Positions 1-8,675 of a stretch of 59,440 nt of DNA are shown one piece after another (position 1 is the first letter of the stretch; every line of letters starts with the position of its first letter). Below the pieces are notes generated by a model, which did no database searches, had not been told where the DNA came from, and worked only from the letters and a program-made list of their open reading frames with translations. The DNA is taken from the NCBI GenBank assembly GCA_032251315.1, contig JAVVEE010000005.1, forward strand, positions 1 through 59,440, in the 5' to 3' direction. This DNA is from Gammaproteobacteria bacterium. Its GTDB lineage: Bacteria > Pseudomonadota > Gammaproteobacteria > SZUA-229. The translations under genes were made by a program, and so were the position numbers.

Positions 1-66
1 GATTTTATCAGAGAGCCCAAGAAGAAATGCATAATAACCCCTCCTTATCCACAATCTGATCGAGTC

Positions 67-1731
67 ATGATTACAGTCACCCCGCATACCGCCACCGCCG
101 CACCACCTAATCCGGGCTGGCATCGACTTCGTCAGTTTAATTACTACCGGGGCACGCTGGCGCTATTTATTCTGGTGGTTTATCTGAATAACTGGGTAGA
201 GATGTTCGTCCCCGCCGACGATTTTCAGCCGGTTCTGTTTTTTATCACCGCCCTGCTTTATCTATCCTCGTTTGTGGTCTTCATTGCGTTTATTCATCGG
301 CGAAAACCCGGCCTGCAAACACAGGCCATCATCCTGACCTGTCTAGACATTGCCATTATCGTTGCTCTTACCCACGCCTTCGGTGGGGTGAAGTCCGGGT
401 TGGGAATGCTGCTGATCATCAACATTTCCATGACCAGCCTGTTCATGCCCCGGCGACTCACCCTGCTATTTGCCGCTGTAGCCACGCTGGCGATTCTGGG
501 CAATCAAATCTATTCGCAGCTGGCGATTCCGGAATTCCAGCCCAGCTATGTCCCTTCCGGTATTCTGGGGCTGGTAATCTTCGGCTTTGCTTTTGTCACT
601 TCCAATTTTTCACGCCAAATGCGAGAGACAGAGCAACTGGCCGACAATCAGGGACGCGAGCTGGAAACCGCCACCCAGCTAAACGAGCATATCATTCGCA
701 GCATGCGCACCGGCATTCTCGTGCTCTCACCCGAGGGCAACATATTGATGTCGAACAACGCCGCCGAGAGCATTCTGGGGCATGTGGAAATACCCCCTGC
801 GACGCCATTAAAAACGATCTCGCCCGCTTTGCATGAACGCTTTACCGACTGGCAGACGAGCCACGAGTATTTACAGCCCCCTGTTGAACAGAGCCACGGC
901 CTGCCCGATATTCAGCCCGGATTCAGTGCCATCGAAAAAGACCGTGGCGCACAGGGGCAGACGCTGGTCTTTCTGGAAGATGCCAGCCAGCTGAACCAGC
1001 GTTTTCAGCAGGTCAAACTGGCTTCGCTGGGGCGACTCACCGCCAGCATCGCCCACGAAATTCGCAACCCTCTGGCGGCCATTCAACACGCCTCGCAATT
1101 GCTGGAAGAGTCCACCGCTGAGCCGGAGAATCTAAAGCTGGCCCGCATTATTATCAACCACACCCAGCGACTCAACGGCGTGGTCAACAATGTCCTGCAG
1201 CTCTCGCGAAAGCCCGCGCACAAACCTGAAATCATTAACCTGAAGAACTGGCTGGTTCAATTCAAACGTGAATTCTGCCCTTCCCATGGCATGAATGCGC
1301 CGCAGATAGAGATCGAGGTTGCACCGGAATCAATCGCCATATTGTTCGATCCCGATCAGCTCTATCAGATTTTCTGGAATTTGTGCGCCAATGCCGTCAA
1401 CCACTCCGGCCTCGACAGTTCTCAGCTCAGCATCAAACTGCACGCATGCATTGCTGAGCAGACGCAGCAACCTGTGGTCGATATCATCGATAACGGCCAC
1501 GGTATCGCCGAAGACATCGAGGCTCACATCTTCGAGCCTTTTTACACCACCAGTAACGAAGGCACCGGCCTCGGGCTGTACATCATCAAGGAAATGGCGG
1601 AAAACAATCGTGCTAAAATCAAACACATTGCCCGGCCTGATAACGGCAGCTGCTTCAGAATTTATTTTCTACCGACCCGGGGCCCGGCCATTCAAGAACA
1701 AGAACAACAGATAATGGAAAATCCACTCTAA
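67..1731 (+). CDS. pilS: PilS-type sensor histidine kinase of the type IV pilus two-component system
   Basis: 554-aa ORF. The N-terminal ~180 aa are multiple hydrophobic segments. H-box 'SIAHEIRNPLAAI' and C-terminal ATPase motifs ('DNGHGI', 'GTGLGLYI') are present. A sigma54-type response regulator follows 3 nt downstream, next to pilin genes. Confidence 0.85.
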   Translation: MITVTPHTATAAPPNPGWHRLRQFNYYRGTLALFILVVYLNNWVEMFVPADDFQPVLFFITALLYLSSFVVFIAFIHRRKPGLQTQAIILTCLDIAIIVALTHAFGGVKSGLGMLLIINISMTSLFMPRRLTLLFAAVATLAILGNQIYSQLAIPEFQPSYVPSGILGLVIFGFAFVTSNFSRQMRETEQLADNQGRELETATQLNEHIIRSMRTGILVLSPEGNILMSNNAAESILGHVEIPPATPLKTISPALHERFTDWQTSHEYLQPPVEQSHGLPDIQPGFSAIEKDRGAQGQTLVFLEDASQLNQRFQQVKLASLGRLTASIAHEIRNPLAAIQHASQLLEESTAEPENLKLARIIINHTQRLNGVVNNVLQLSRKPAHKPEIINLKNWLVQFKREFCPSHGMNAPQIEIEVAPESIAILFDPDQLYQIFWNLCANAVNHSGLDSSQLSIKLHACIAEQTQQPVVDIIDNGHGIAEDIEAHIFEPFYTTSNEGTGLGLYIIKEMAENNRAKIKHIARPDNGSCFRIYFLPTRGPAIQEQEQQIMENPL

Positions 1732-1733
1732 CT

Positions 1734-3050
1734 ATGGCTAGCAAACATGTGCTCATCATCGACGATGAACCCGACATCTGTGAACTGATTGAGATCACCC
1801 TGATGCGCATGGGCTTTCAGACCCGTTCGGCCTATACCGTCGCCGGCGCTTATGCGCTGCTCAAAAAAGAGAGCTTTGATCTATGCTTAACCGACATGCA
1901 CCTGCCCGATGGCAACGGCATCGAGCTGGTTGAGTATGTCCAGGCCAATCACCCCGCCCTGCCCATCGCCGTCATCACCGCCCACGGCAACATGGAATCG
2001 GCGGTGAAAGCGCTGAAAGCCGGCGCTTTTGATTTTGTCTCCAAACCGGTCGATATCCATATTCTGCGCAACCTGATTTCCGCAGCCACCAAATCCGGCA
2101 CCATTGAGCAGAACCCGGCAACCGCGACCAGCATCACCGGCCGCTCCAGCCAGGTTAAACAGCTGCTCAAACAGATCGAAAAACTGGCCCGCAGCCAGGC
2201 CCCGGTGTTCATTCACGGTGAGTCGGGGTCCGGCAAGGAACGTGTAGCCCGAATGATCCACGAGCAGGGCAGCCGCGCCGAGGCCCCCTTTGTGCCGGTG
2301 AACTGCGGCGCGATCCCGGCGGAACTGATGGAAAGTGAATTTTTCGGCCACATCAAGGGCAGCTTCACCGGCGCCACTGTCGACAAACAGGGCCTGTTTC
2401 AGGCCGCCGGCGGCGGCACGCTGTTTCTCGATGAAATCGCCGAGCTGCCGATGCACATGCAGGTGAAACTGCTGCGCGCCATTCAGGAAAAAGCCATTCG
2501 CACGCTGGGCACCTCGCACGAAATCCCGGTGGATGTGCGCATCCTCAGCGCCAGCCACAAGGATCTTGCTGCACAGGTCAAAGACGGCCACTTCCGGGAA
2601 GACCTGTACTACCGCATCAATGTCATCGACCTCTGCGTGCCCAGCCTGCGCGAACGCGCCGAAGACATCCCCCTGCTCGCCGAACAGATACTGCAAACGC
2701 TGGCGGACAAATCGGCACTAAATTCAGCCCCCCGCCTCGACGACAGCGCGCTCTCGGCGCTCAGCGACTACGATTTTCCCGGCAACATCCGCGAACTGGA
2801 GAATATTCTGGAACGTGCCCTGGCCATGGCCGACAAAAACGTCATCACCGATCACGACCTGCACCTGAAACCCCGGCCGATAATGGAGACCAGCGAAGTT
2901 CCCGGCAGCATGAATTTAGCCGGGCAGGAAAAAATCGCCATCATCCAGGCCCTGACAGAAACCCGCTGGAACAAAACCGCCGCCGCCAAACGCCTGGGGC
3001 TCAGCCTGAGGCAGTTGCGTTACCGGCTGGAAAAGATGGAAATTGATTAA
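1734..3050 (+). CDS. pilR: PilR-type sigma54-dependent response regulator (NtrC family)
   Basis: 438-aa ORF with a receiver domain ('VLIIDDEPDI', 'LCLTDMHLPDG'). The AAA+ sigma54-interaction domain has Walker A 'GESGSGKE' and 'GSFTGA'. A C-terminal Fis-type HTH reads 'NKTAAAKRLGLSLRQLRYRL'. A sigma54 promoter precedes the adjacent pilin gene. Confidence 0.88.
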   Translation: MASKHVLIIDDEPDICELIEITLMRMGFQTRSAYTVAGAYALLKKESFDLCLTDMHLPDGNGIELVEYVQANHPALPIAVITAHGNMESAVKALKAGAFDFVSKPVDIHILRNLISAATKSGTIEQNPATATSITGRSSQVKQLLKQIEKLARSQAPVFIHGESGSGKERVARMIHEQGSRAEAPFVPVNCGAIPAELMESEFFGHIKGSFTGATVDKQGLFQAAGGGTLFLDEIAELPMHMQVKLLRAIQEKAIRTLGTSHEIPVDVRILSASHKDLAAQVKDGHFREDLYYRINVIDLCVPSLRERAEDIPLLAEQILQTLADKSALNSAPRLDDSALSALSDYDFPGNIRELENILERALAMADKNVITDHDLHLKPRPIMETSEVPGSMNLAGQEKIAIIQALTETRWNKTAAAKRLGLSLRQLRYRLEKMEID

Positions 3051-3853
3051 TTTTCAAGCTGAACCCTGAGCGGCAAAGGCTCATCCTGGGCTTCTGCTTG
3101 TAACGTTGTTTGCACATCAATTAAATCGATGATTCTCAGCGCGCGCGTGTCGTATACCGCGATGGCGGAATCATATCGACAGGTCAATGGCATTAAATGG
3201 ATATGCTCGACATCCTCCTCATGACGGGCAAGATAATCTCTTACTTTTGCAGCAGCCGGCTCATTTTCTGATACCAGCGCCGACAAATTAAGCTTGTAGT
3301 TTGGCAACCGGGATACCACGCGTTCGTCCAGAGGCACCATTTTCTCCCCGTAATAATAAATTGCCGAACTTTGCCGTGCAAAAGCCTGTTTTGAAAATTC
3401 CAGAAACTCATCAATGCTGTCCGGTCGTTGCAGAAATGCCAGCCTCTGCTCACCACTCGGCCCTGCAGAAATAGCCGGCATATCCATGTCACGGATATCG
3501 CTTTGGGTAAGGCAGCTGAATTTACCCAGATAAAATACCGTTGCACCGGGCCTTTCTGTATAAACATTTTTCACCCCCCAGACTAATGCCGATAGCTGCA
3601 AGAGCACAATGACCGCCATATCAAATTTCAGGTTCTTTTTCCCCGGCTTGAACACCAGCAAAGTCAAACCGGGTCCGAGCACCACATCGACGAAAAATAT
3701 CGTCGCCACGCCCTGGATACCGCCATCGAGATAAAAATAGTAATCGGGAAACCAGTAAAAAATAATCAGGCCGGAAATAACGGCGAACACCGTGGCACTG
3801 ACGGCCAGATGTGCGAGAAAGGCCTGTTTTCTGGAAATATCTAGAACTATCAT
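3047..3853 (-). CDS. Membrane protein, possibly a FimB/TfpX-Y-Z-like type IV pilin accessory protein
   Basis: The ORF track starts at TTG 3856; the ATG one codon downstream (3853) is more likely. The N-terminus has hydrophobic helices ('LAHLAVSATVFAVISGLIIFYWF', 'GVATIFFVDVVLGPGLTLLVF') followed by 'KPGKKNLKFD'. This resembles my recollection of pilin accessory proteins. It lies between pilR and pilA, and its 3' end overlaps the pilR stop by 4 nt (convergent). Confidence 0.45.
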   Translation of the reverse strand: MIVLDISRKQAFLAHLAVSATVFAVISGLIIFYWFPDYYFYLDGGIQGVATIFFVDVVLGPGLTLLVFKPGKKNLKFDMAVIVLLQLSALVWGVKNVYTERPGATVFYLGKFSCLTQSDIRDMDMPAISAGPSGEQRLAFLQRPDSIDEFLEFSKQAFARQSSAIYYYGEKMVPLDERVVSRLPNYKLNLSALVSENEPAAAKVRDYLARHEEDVEHIHLMPLTCRYDSAIAVYDTRALRIIDLIDVQTTLQAEAQDEPLPLRVQLEN

Positions 3854-3963
3854 CAATAACCCCTGCTTTATTTTCAGGGGAATTTTTCAACATTCGCTGC
3901 AAATCTGCAAGCTATCTCGACCTGCCAATGCAAACGATTCCTGCTGGAGAAAGAATGTATTAC

Positions 3964-3980
3964 AAAATTGTCACAATTTT
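3964..3980. promoter_or_regulatory. Perfect 17-bp palindrome, candidate enhancer (UAS) for PilR
   Basis: AAAATTGT-C-ACAATTTT, centred about 100 bp upstream of the -24/-12 element at 4072. It contains a TGTC core, and a second TGTC lies at 3993-3996. P. aeruginosa PilR sites are reported as TGTC-containing repeats. Confidence 0.4.
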
Positions 3981-4071
3981 ACATTAACGTCATGTCAGCC
4001 ATGCTTTTTACGAACACCTGAAAATACATATCTTTTTGTTACATAAGAACTTTTAACCCATTAATAAAAAC

Positions 4072-4087
4072 TGGCACAGCAACTGCT
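4072..4087 (+). promoter_or_regulatory. Sigma54 (-24/-12) promoter of pilA
   Basis: TGGCAC-AGCAA-CTGCT compared with the consensus TGGCAC-N5-TTGCW. It lies about 90 nt upstream of the pilA ATG, and the PilS/PilR pair is encoded alongside. Confidence 0.8.
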
Positions 4088-4174
4088 TTATATATAGCAA
4101 TCCCAGTGATGGGGTTTTAAATAAACAAAATAACCACCCATTACCATCCGAATCTTTTTGAAAGAGGAATAAAC

Positions 4175-4630
4175 ATGAAACAAGTACAACAAGGTTTTAC
4201 CCTGATCGAGCTCATGATCGTAGTTGCCATTATCGGCATTCTGGCATCCATCGCGATCCCTTCATACAATAGCTATATTGATACTTCAAACGTAACTAAA
4301 ACCATCAGTAATGCTGATGAAGCGTTCCGCATTATCAAAAATGAGCATTCTAAATTCAAATCACAGTCTGCTTTAGGTCTTCCAGTTACAGCGATCGGCG
4401 GTGCTTTAAATGCTGATGTAGCAACTAATGCACAATGGGTCACCTATCTGAACGCCACCACTAACTCAAAAGCGCCTTCTGGTGATCCTGCTTATGCTGG
4501 AGCGGTTGTTGATGCTACTGGTGTGGTCGGAATTACTGGTGGTCCACTTGCAACTTCTGCCACCACCCCTGTTGTAATTACTTCACCAGCCTACAAAGGC
4601 GCTGCTACAACTACTAAGAGTGTTTTGTAA
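4175..4630 (+). CDS. pilA: Type IVa pilin (candidate major pilin), contains no cysteine
   Basis: The leader 'MKQVQQG' is followed by the class III signal '[24 protein letters not shown]'. The RBS AGAGGA lies 6-7 nt upstream. A sigma54 promoter lies upstream and a strong terminator downstream. Confidence 0.9.
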   Translation: MKQVQQGFTLIELMIVVAIIGILASIAIPSYNSYIDTSNVTKTISNADEAFRIIKNEHSKFKSQSALGLPVTAIGGALNADVATNAQWVTYLNATTNSKAPSGDPAYAGAVVDATGVVGITGGPLATSATTPVVITSPAYKGAATTTKSVL

Positions 4631-4669
4631 CATCACTGAGTAGTATTTAACAACATTAGTTGTAGAAAA

Positions 4670-4705
4670 GAAGGGGAGCCGGCAACGACTCCCCTTCTTC
4701 TTTTC
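4670..4705 (+). terminator. Rho-independent terminator after pilA
   Basis: Perfect 9-bp stem GAAGGGGAG (4670-4678) / CTCCCCTTC (4689-4697) with a 10-nt loop, followed by the T-rich run TTCTTTT. Confidence 0.8.
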
Positions 4706-5127
4706 CCCAGTATTCATTTATAACTTCTCTAAGAATACCCCCAGATAAGCCGCACATCTTGCCATCGTACCTGTAACAAAATATTCTGATAAGACGCGCT
4801 GACTAATCGTGTTTAATCCGTTCTTTCTCGTCCGATCCTCGATAGTATGTTTTATACCTTATCTGAAGTAATATCTAAAATTTATAGCATTGATGTATAT
4901 GAAAAGAACTGTCTGTATGATACTTTTTTCCACTAAAAACGTTTTTTTATATTTTTAATAGATATGTTTATGTTTCAAAGCGATAAAATATCAACCACAC
5001 ATCTGGTCATAAAATAAGATTGATCGGGAAAAATCACCCTTTCAGTCATAAAGTTTAACTAATAAACTTACATACACTAAAATTTGTTGCATAATCCGTA
5101 CAATACAAAGTTGAAAGGAGTGCCTAG

Positions 5128-5514
5128 ATGAAAAAAGTACATTACGCTCAGGGTTTCTCTCTGATAGAACTGATGATTGTGGTCGCCATCATCGGCATAG
5201 TGGCCTCTATAGCTGTTCCGGCATATAGCAGCTATATTACAACCAGCCAGCATGGTGTCGCCAAACAGAACGCGGTGACCCTGGCCGGTTTTGAAGATGC
5301 CTACTTCTACGAAAATGACACTTATCTGGCAGGCGAATTTATCCCTCCCGGTGCGAACGGCCTGGCGGCTCTGGACTGGAAACCCAGCGGCGATGAAGAC
5401 AAGTACAACTATGAAGTTGAAGCCGGTACCTGCGCTGATATCACTCAATGCTATAAAATCACCGTTACACTCAAAACCGATGCCAGTATTACCCAGACAT
5501 TGTCCAGGCCCTGA
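5128..5514 (+). CDS. Second type IV pilin or minor pilin-like protein
   Basis: The leader 'MKKVHYAQG' is followed by '[24 protein letters not shown]'. The RBS AAAGGAG lies upstream. The protein is 128 aa with a single short Cys pair, 'CADITQC', near the C-terminus. Confidence 0.85.
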   Translation: MKKVHYAQGFSLIELMIVVAIIGIVASIAVPAYSSYITTSQHGVAKQNAVTLAGFEDAYFYENDTYLAGEFIPPGANGLAALDWKPSGDEDKYNYEVEAGTCADITQCYKITVTLKTDASITQTLSRP

Positions 5515-5534
5515 TAGCCGTCATCCAACTACAT

Positions 5535-5560
5535 AAAAAACCTGGCTTGCCGGGTTTTTT
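5535..5560 (+). terminator. Terminator-like hairpin after the second pilin gene
   Basis: AAAAAACCTGG-CTTG-CCGGGTTTTTT. A GC core stem is flanked by an A-tract and a T-tract. Confidence 0.6.
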
Positions 5561-5704
5561 ATGGCCTGTAAAATTTACCCAATACCCCCTCTGAATATCA
5601 CAATTTAATTAGTTTTCGGCTATGCTTCATGGGTATGTAGTTGCATCCATCGCGCAACTGAAACTCGACCAGAACCTATAAAATAACGGAACCGTCATTC
5701 ACTT

Positions 5705-7411
5705 ATGTCTGCAGAACTACGACTTCAGGGCCTTTCGCGTAAACTCGTCAATGACGGCCTGCTCGACGAAGCCAAAGCCATTGAGGCAATAAAGGGCGCG
5801 CGCGAAGCCAGGACAACCTTTACCCAGTACCTGGTTAACAACAAAATACTGTCGGCGAAAAAGATCGCCATGGAGGCCTCTGTTGAATTCGGCCTGCCGG
5901 TATTCGACCTCAATGCACTGGATATGGACATCATTCCCAAAGACCTGGTCGATGACAAGCTGATTGAAAAACACCATGCCCTGCCGCTATTCAAACGCGG
6001 CAACCGCCTGTATGTTGGCATTTCCGATCCCACCAATCTGGCCGCCATTGATGACATCAAATTTCAGACCGGCACCAATACCGAAGCGGTGCTGGTGGAA
6101 GTCGACAAGCTTTCCGGCATCATCGAGAAACTGCTGGATGAAGGCGACGCCATGGACGAGATGCTGGACGACGGCCTCGAAGACCTTGAGTTCACCGATA
6201 CCGATGAAGCGCCCAGGGACGACGAGGATACCGGCTCCAACATTGATGACACCCCGGTGGTCAAATTCATCAACAAGATGCTGCTCGATGCCATCAAAAA
6301 AGGCGCCTCCGACCTTCATTTCGAACCTTATGAAAAGCGATACCGGGTGCGTTTCCGCATTGACGGGGTGTTACGCGAGGTTGCCTCTCCCCCGATTGGC
6401 CTGAGCATGAAAATGGCCGCCCGCCTGAAAGTGATGTCAAAGATGGATACCGCCGAACGCCGGGTGCCGCAGGACGGCCGTATCAAGCTGAAAATTTCCA
6501 AGAACAAGGCTATCGATTTTCGTGTGAATACCTGCCCCACGCTGTTCGGCGAAAAGGTGGTGATGCGTATTCTCGATCCGTCCAGCGCCTCGCTCGGCAT
6601 CGACATGCTGGGCTATGAACCCGACCAGAAAGAGCATTACATGAATGCCCTGTCCAATCCCTATGGCATGATTCTGGTGACCGGGCCGACCGGCAGTGGT
6701 AAAACCGTCTCGCTCTACACCGGCCTGAACATTCTCAATACCGAAGACACCAACATCTCCACCGCCGAGGATCCGGTGGAAATCAACCTGGAAGGCATAA
6801 ATCAGGTCAACGTTAACGAAAAAACCGGCATGACTTTCGAAGCCGCGCTGCGCGCCTTCCTGCGTCAGGATCCTGACATCATCATGGTCGGTGAGATTCG
6901 TGACCTGGCCACCGCTGAAATTGCCATCAAGGCCGCGCAGACCGGCCACATGGTGATGTCTACCCTGCACACCAACGATGCACCGCTGACCCTGGCGCGC
7001 CTGGTGAACATGGGCGTGCCGCCGTTTAATATTGCCGCCGCCGTCAATCTGATCATTGCCCAGCGCCTGGGTCGGCGCTTGTGCGAAAAGTGCAAAGCGG
7101 TGCATGACATTCCGGAAGCCGTGCTGCGGGAAGAGGGCTTTACCGATGAGCAGATCAAGGCTAAACCCACCCTCTACAAGGCGGTGGGCTGTGACGCCTG
7201 CGATAACGGCTACAAGGGCCGGGTAGGCATTTACCAGGTGATGCCCATATCAGAAGCCATAGGCCGCATCATCATGGAGAACGGTACCGCCCTGGATGTT
7301 GCTGATCAGGCGCAGAAAGACGGGGTCAATAATTTACGCCAGTCTGCAATTATTAAAGTGGTTTCCGGCGTGACCAGCCTTGAAGAAATCAACCGTGTCA
7401 CCCAGGACTAA
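5705..7411 (+). CDS. pilB: Type IV pilus assembly ATPase PilB
   Basis: 568 aa with Walker A 'GPTGSGKT', the GspE-family motif 'MVGEIRD', and a tetracysteine motif ('CEKCK...CDAC'). pilC and pilD follow. Confidence 0.93.
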   Translation: MSAELRLQGLSRKLVNDGLLDEAKAIEAIKGAREARTTFTQYLVNNKILSAKKIAMEASVEFGLPVFDLNALDMDIIPKDLVDDKLIEKHHALPLFKRGNRLYVGISDPTNLAAIDDIKFQTGTNTEAVLVEVDKLSGIIEKLLDEGDAMDEMLDDGLEDLEFTDTDEAPRDDEDTGSNIDDTPVVKFINKMLLDAIKKGASDLHFEPYEKRYRVRFRIDGVLREVASPPIGLSMKMAARLKVMSKMDTAERRVPQDGRIKLKISKNKAIDFRVNTCPTLFGEKVVMRILDPSSASLGIDMLGYEPDQKEHYMNALSNPYGMILVTGPTGSGKTVSLYTGLNILNTEDTNISTAEDPVEINLEGINQVNVNEKTGMTFEAALRAFLRQDPDIIMVGEIRDLATAEIAIKAAQTGHMVMSTLHTNDAPLTLARLVNMGVPPFNIAAAVNLIIAQRLGRRLCEKCKAVHDIPEAVLREEGFTDEQIKAKPTLYKAVGCDACDNGYKGRVGIYQVMPISEAIGRIIMENGTALDVADQAQKDGVNNLRQSAIIKVVSGVTSLEEINRVTQD

Positions 7412-7428
7412 TCAAAAGGTAATCAACA

Positions 7429-8664
7429 ATGGCTACAGCAAAAGCTAAAACTTCAACCATCACCTCTTTTTCCTGGGAAGGCACCAACAAACAGGGAAAA
7501 ATTCTCAAGGGCGTAAAAATGGCGGCTAATATTGAGGCGGTCAAAGCTGAATTGAAGAAGCAGGGCGTCACCGCCAGGCCGGGGAAGATAAAAAAACAGA
7601 AGAAAAAATCCGGCGGCAAAAAAATCACCCCCGCTGACATTGCGGTATTCAGTCGCCAGCTGGCGACCATGATGAAAGCCGGTGTGCCGCTGGTACAGTC
7701 CTTCGATATTGTCGGCCAGGGCCACTCCAACCCCAGCATGACCGAACTGATCATGCAGATCAAAGCCAGCGTCGAAGGCGGTAATACACTGGCCACTGCC
7801 ATGGGGGAGCACCCTCTTTATTTCGATGACCTGTTTGTCAATCTGGTCGATGCCGGTGAACAGTCGGGTGCGCTGGAAACGCTGCTGGAGAAAGTAGCGA
7901 CCTACAAGGAAAAAACTGAAGCATTGAAGAAAAAAATCAAGAAAGCGATGACCTATCCGATTTCCGTGCTTGTTGTCGCGACTATTGTATCGGTCATTCT
8001 ATTGGTATTCGTGGTACCCACATTTAAGGACATGTTTGCCAGTTTCGGCTCCGAGCTGCCCGCGTTCACCCAGATGGTGGTCGAGATGTCCGAGTTCATG
8101 ACTTCAGACGGCTGGATCGTCGGGGTGATACTGGTGGCGATCTTTGTCGCTTTTTCGGAAACCAAAAAACGTTCCAGAAAATTCAATGAAAACCTGGACA
8201 AGTTGTATCTAAAAATGCCGCTGATTTCCGGCCTGACCCACAGCTCGGCGGTGGCTCGATTTGCCCGGACGCTGTCGACCATGTTTGCCGCCGGCGTGCC
8301 GCTGGTGGATGCCATGGATTCAGTGGCCGGCGCCTCCGGCAATATCGTTTACAAAAAGGCCATTCTGGCTATTCGTGATGACATAGCACAGGGTTCAACA
8401 CTGCAATCCAGTCTGTCGCAAAGGCCCGACCTTTTCCCTAATATGCTGATCCAGATGGTCGGCATCGGTGAGGAATCCGGTGCACTCGACTCCATGCTCG
8501 CCAAGGTCGCCGAATATTTCGAATCCGCCGTGGATGATTCTGTAGACAACCTTACCACCCTGATGGAGCCGATCATCATGGCCTTTCTAGCGGTCGTCAT
8601 TGGTGGCCTGGTTATTGCCATGTATCTGCCGATTTTCAAGATGGGCGAAGTGGTTTCACAATAG
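7429..8664 (+). CDS. pilC: Type IV pilus platform protein PilC
   Basis: 411 aa with duplicated GspF-like domains and three hydrophobic segments. It sits between pilB and pilD. Confidence 0.9.
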   Translation: MATAKAKTSTITSFSWEGTNKQGKILKGVKMAANIEAVKAELKKQGVTARPGKIKKQKKKSGGKKITPADIAVFSRQLATMMKAGVPLVQSFDIVGQGHSNPSMTELIMQIKASVEGGNTLATAMGEHPLYFDDLFVNLVDAGEQSGALETLLEKVATYKEKTEALKKKIKKAMTYPISVLVVATIVSVILLVFVVPTFKDMFASFGSELPAFTQMVVEMSEFMTSDGWIVGVILVAIFVAFSETKKRSRKFNENLDKLYLKMPLISGLTHSSAVARFARTLSTMFAAGVPLVDAMDSVAGASGNIVYKKAILAIRDDIAQGSTLQSSLSQRPDLFPNMLIQMVGIGEESGALDSMLAKVAEYFESAVDDSVDNLTTLMEPIIMAFLAVVIGGLVIAMYLPIFKMGEVVSQ

Positions 8665-8675
8665 GCTATTCGAGC

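Noticed and set aside
1887-2696. 269-aa ORF antisense to pilR. Similar long antisense ORFs lie at 6437-7105 (pilB), 23860-24672 (murC), 32988-33527 (ftsI), 38963-39547 (DUF3426 gene), 42313-42918 (purH) and 57030-57527 (PLD gene).
   Set aside because: Each lies entirely inside a well-supported conserved gene on the other strand. Their composition is skewed and repetitive (rich in Arg, Gly, Ala, His and Gln), as expected of shadow ORFs in moderately GC-rich coding DNA.
4848-4937. 29-codon ORF (MFYTLSEVISKIYSIDVYEKNCLYDTFFH) in the AT-rich pilin spacer.
   Set aside because: It has no ribosome-binding site and no recognisable motif. Open frames of this length are expected by chance.
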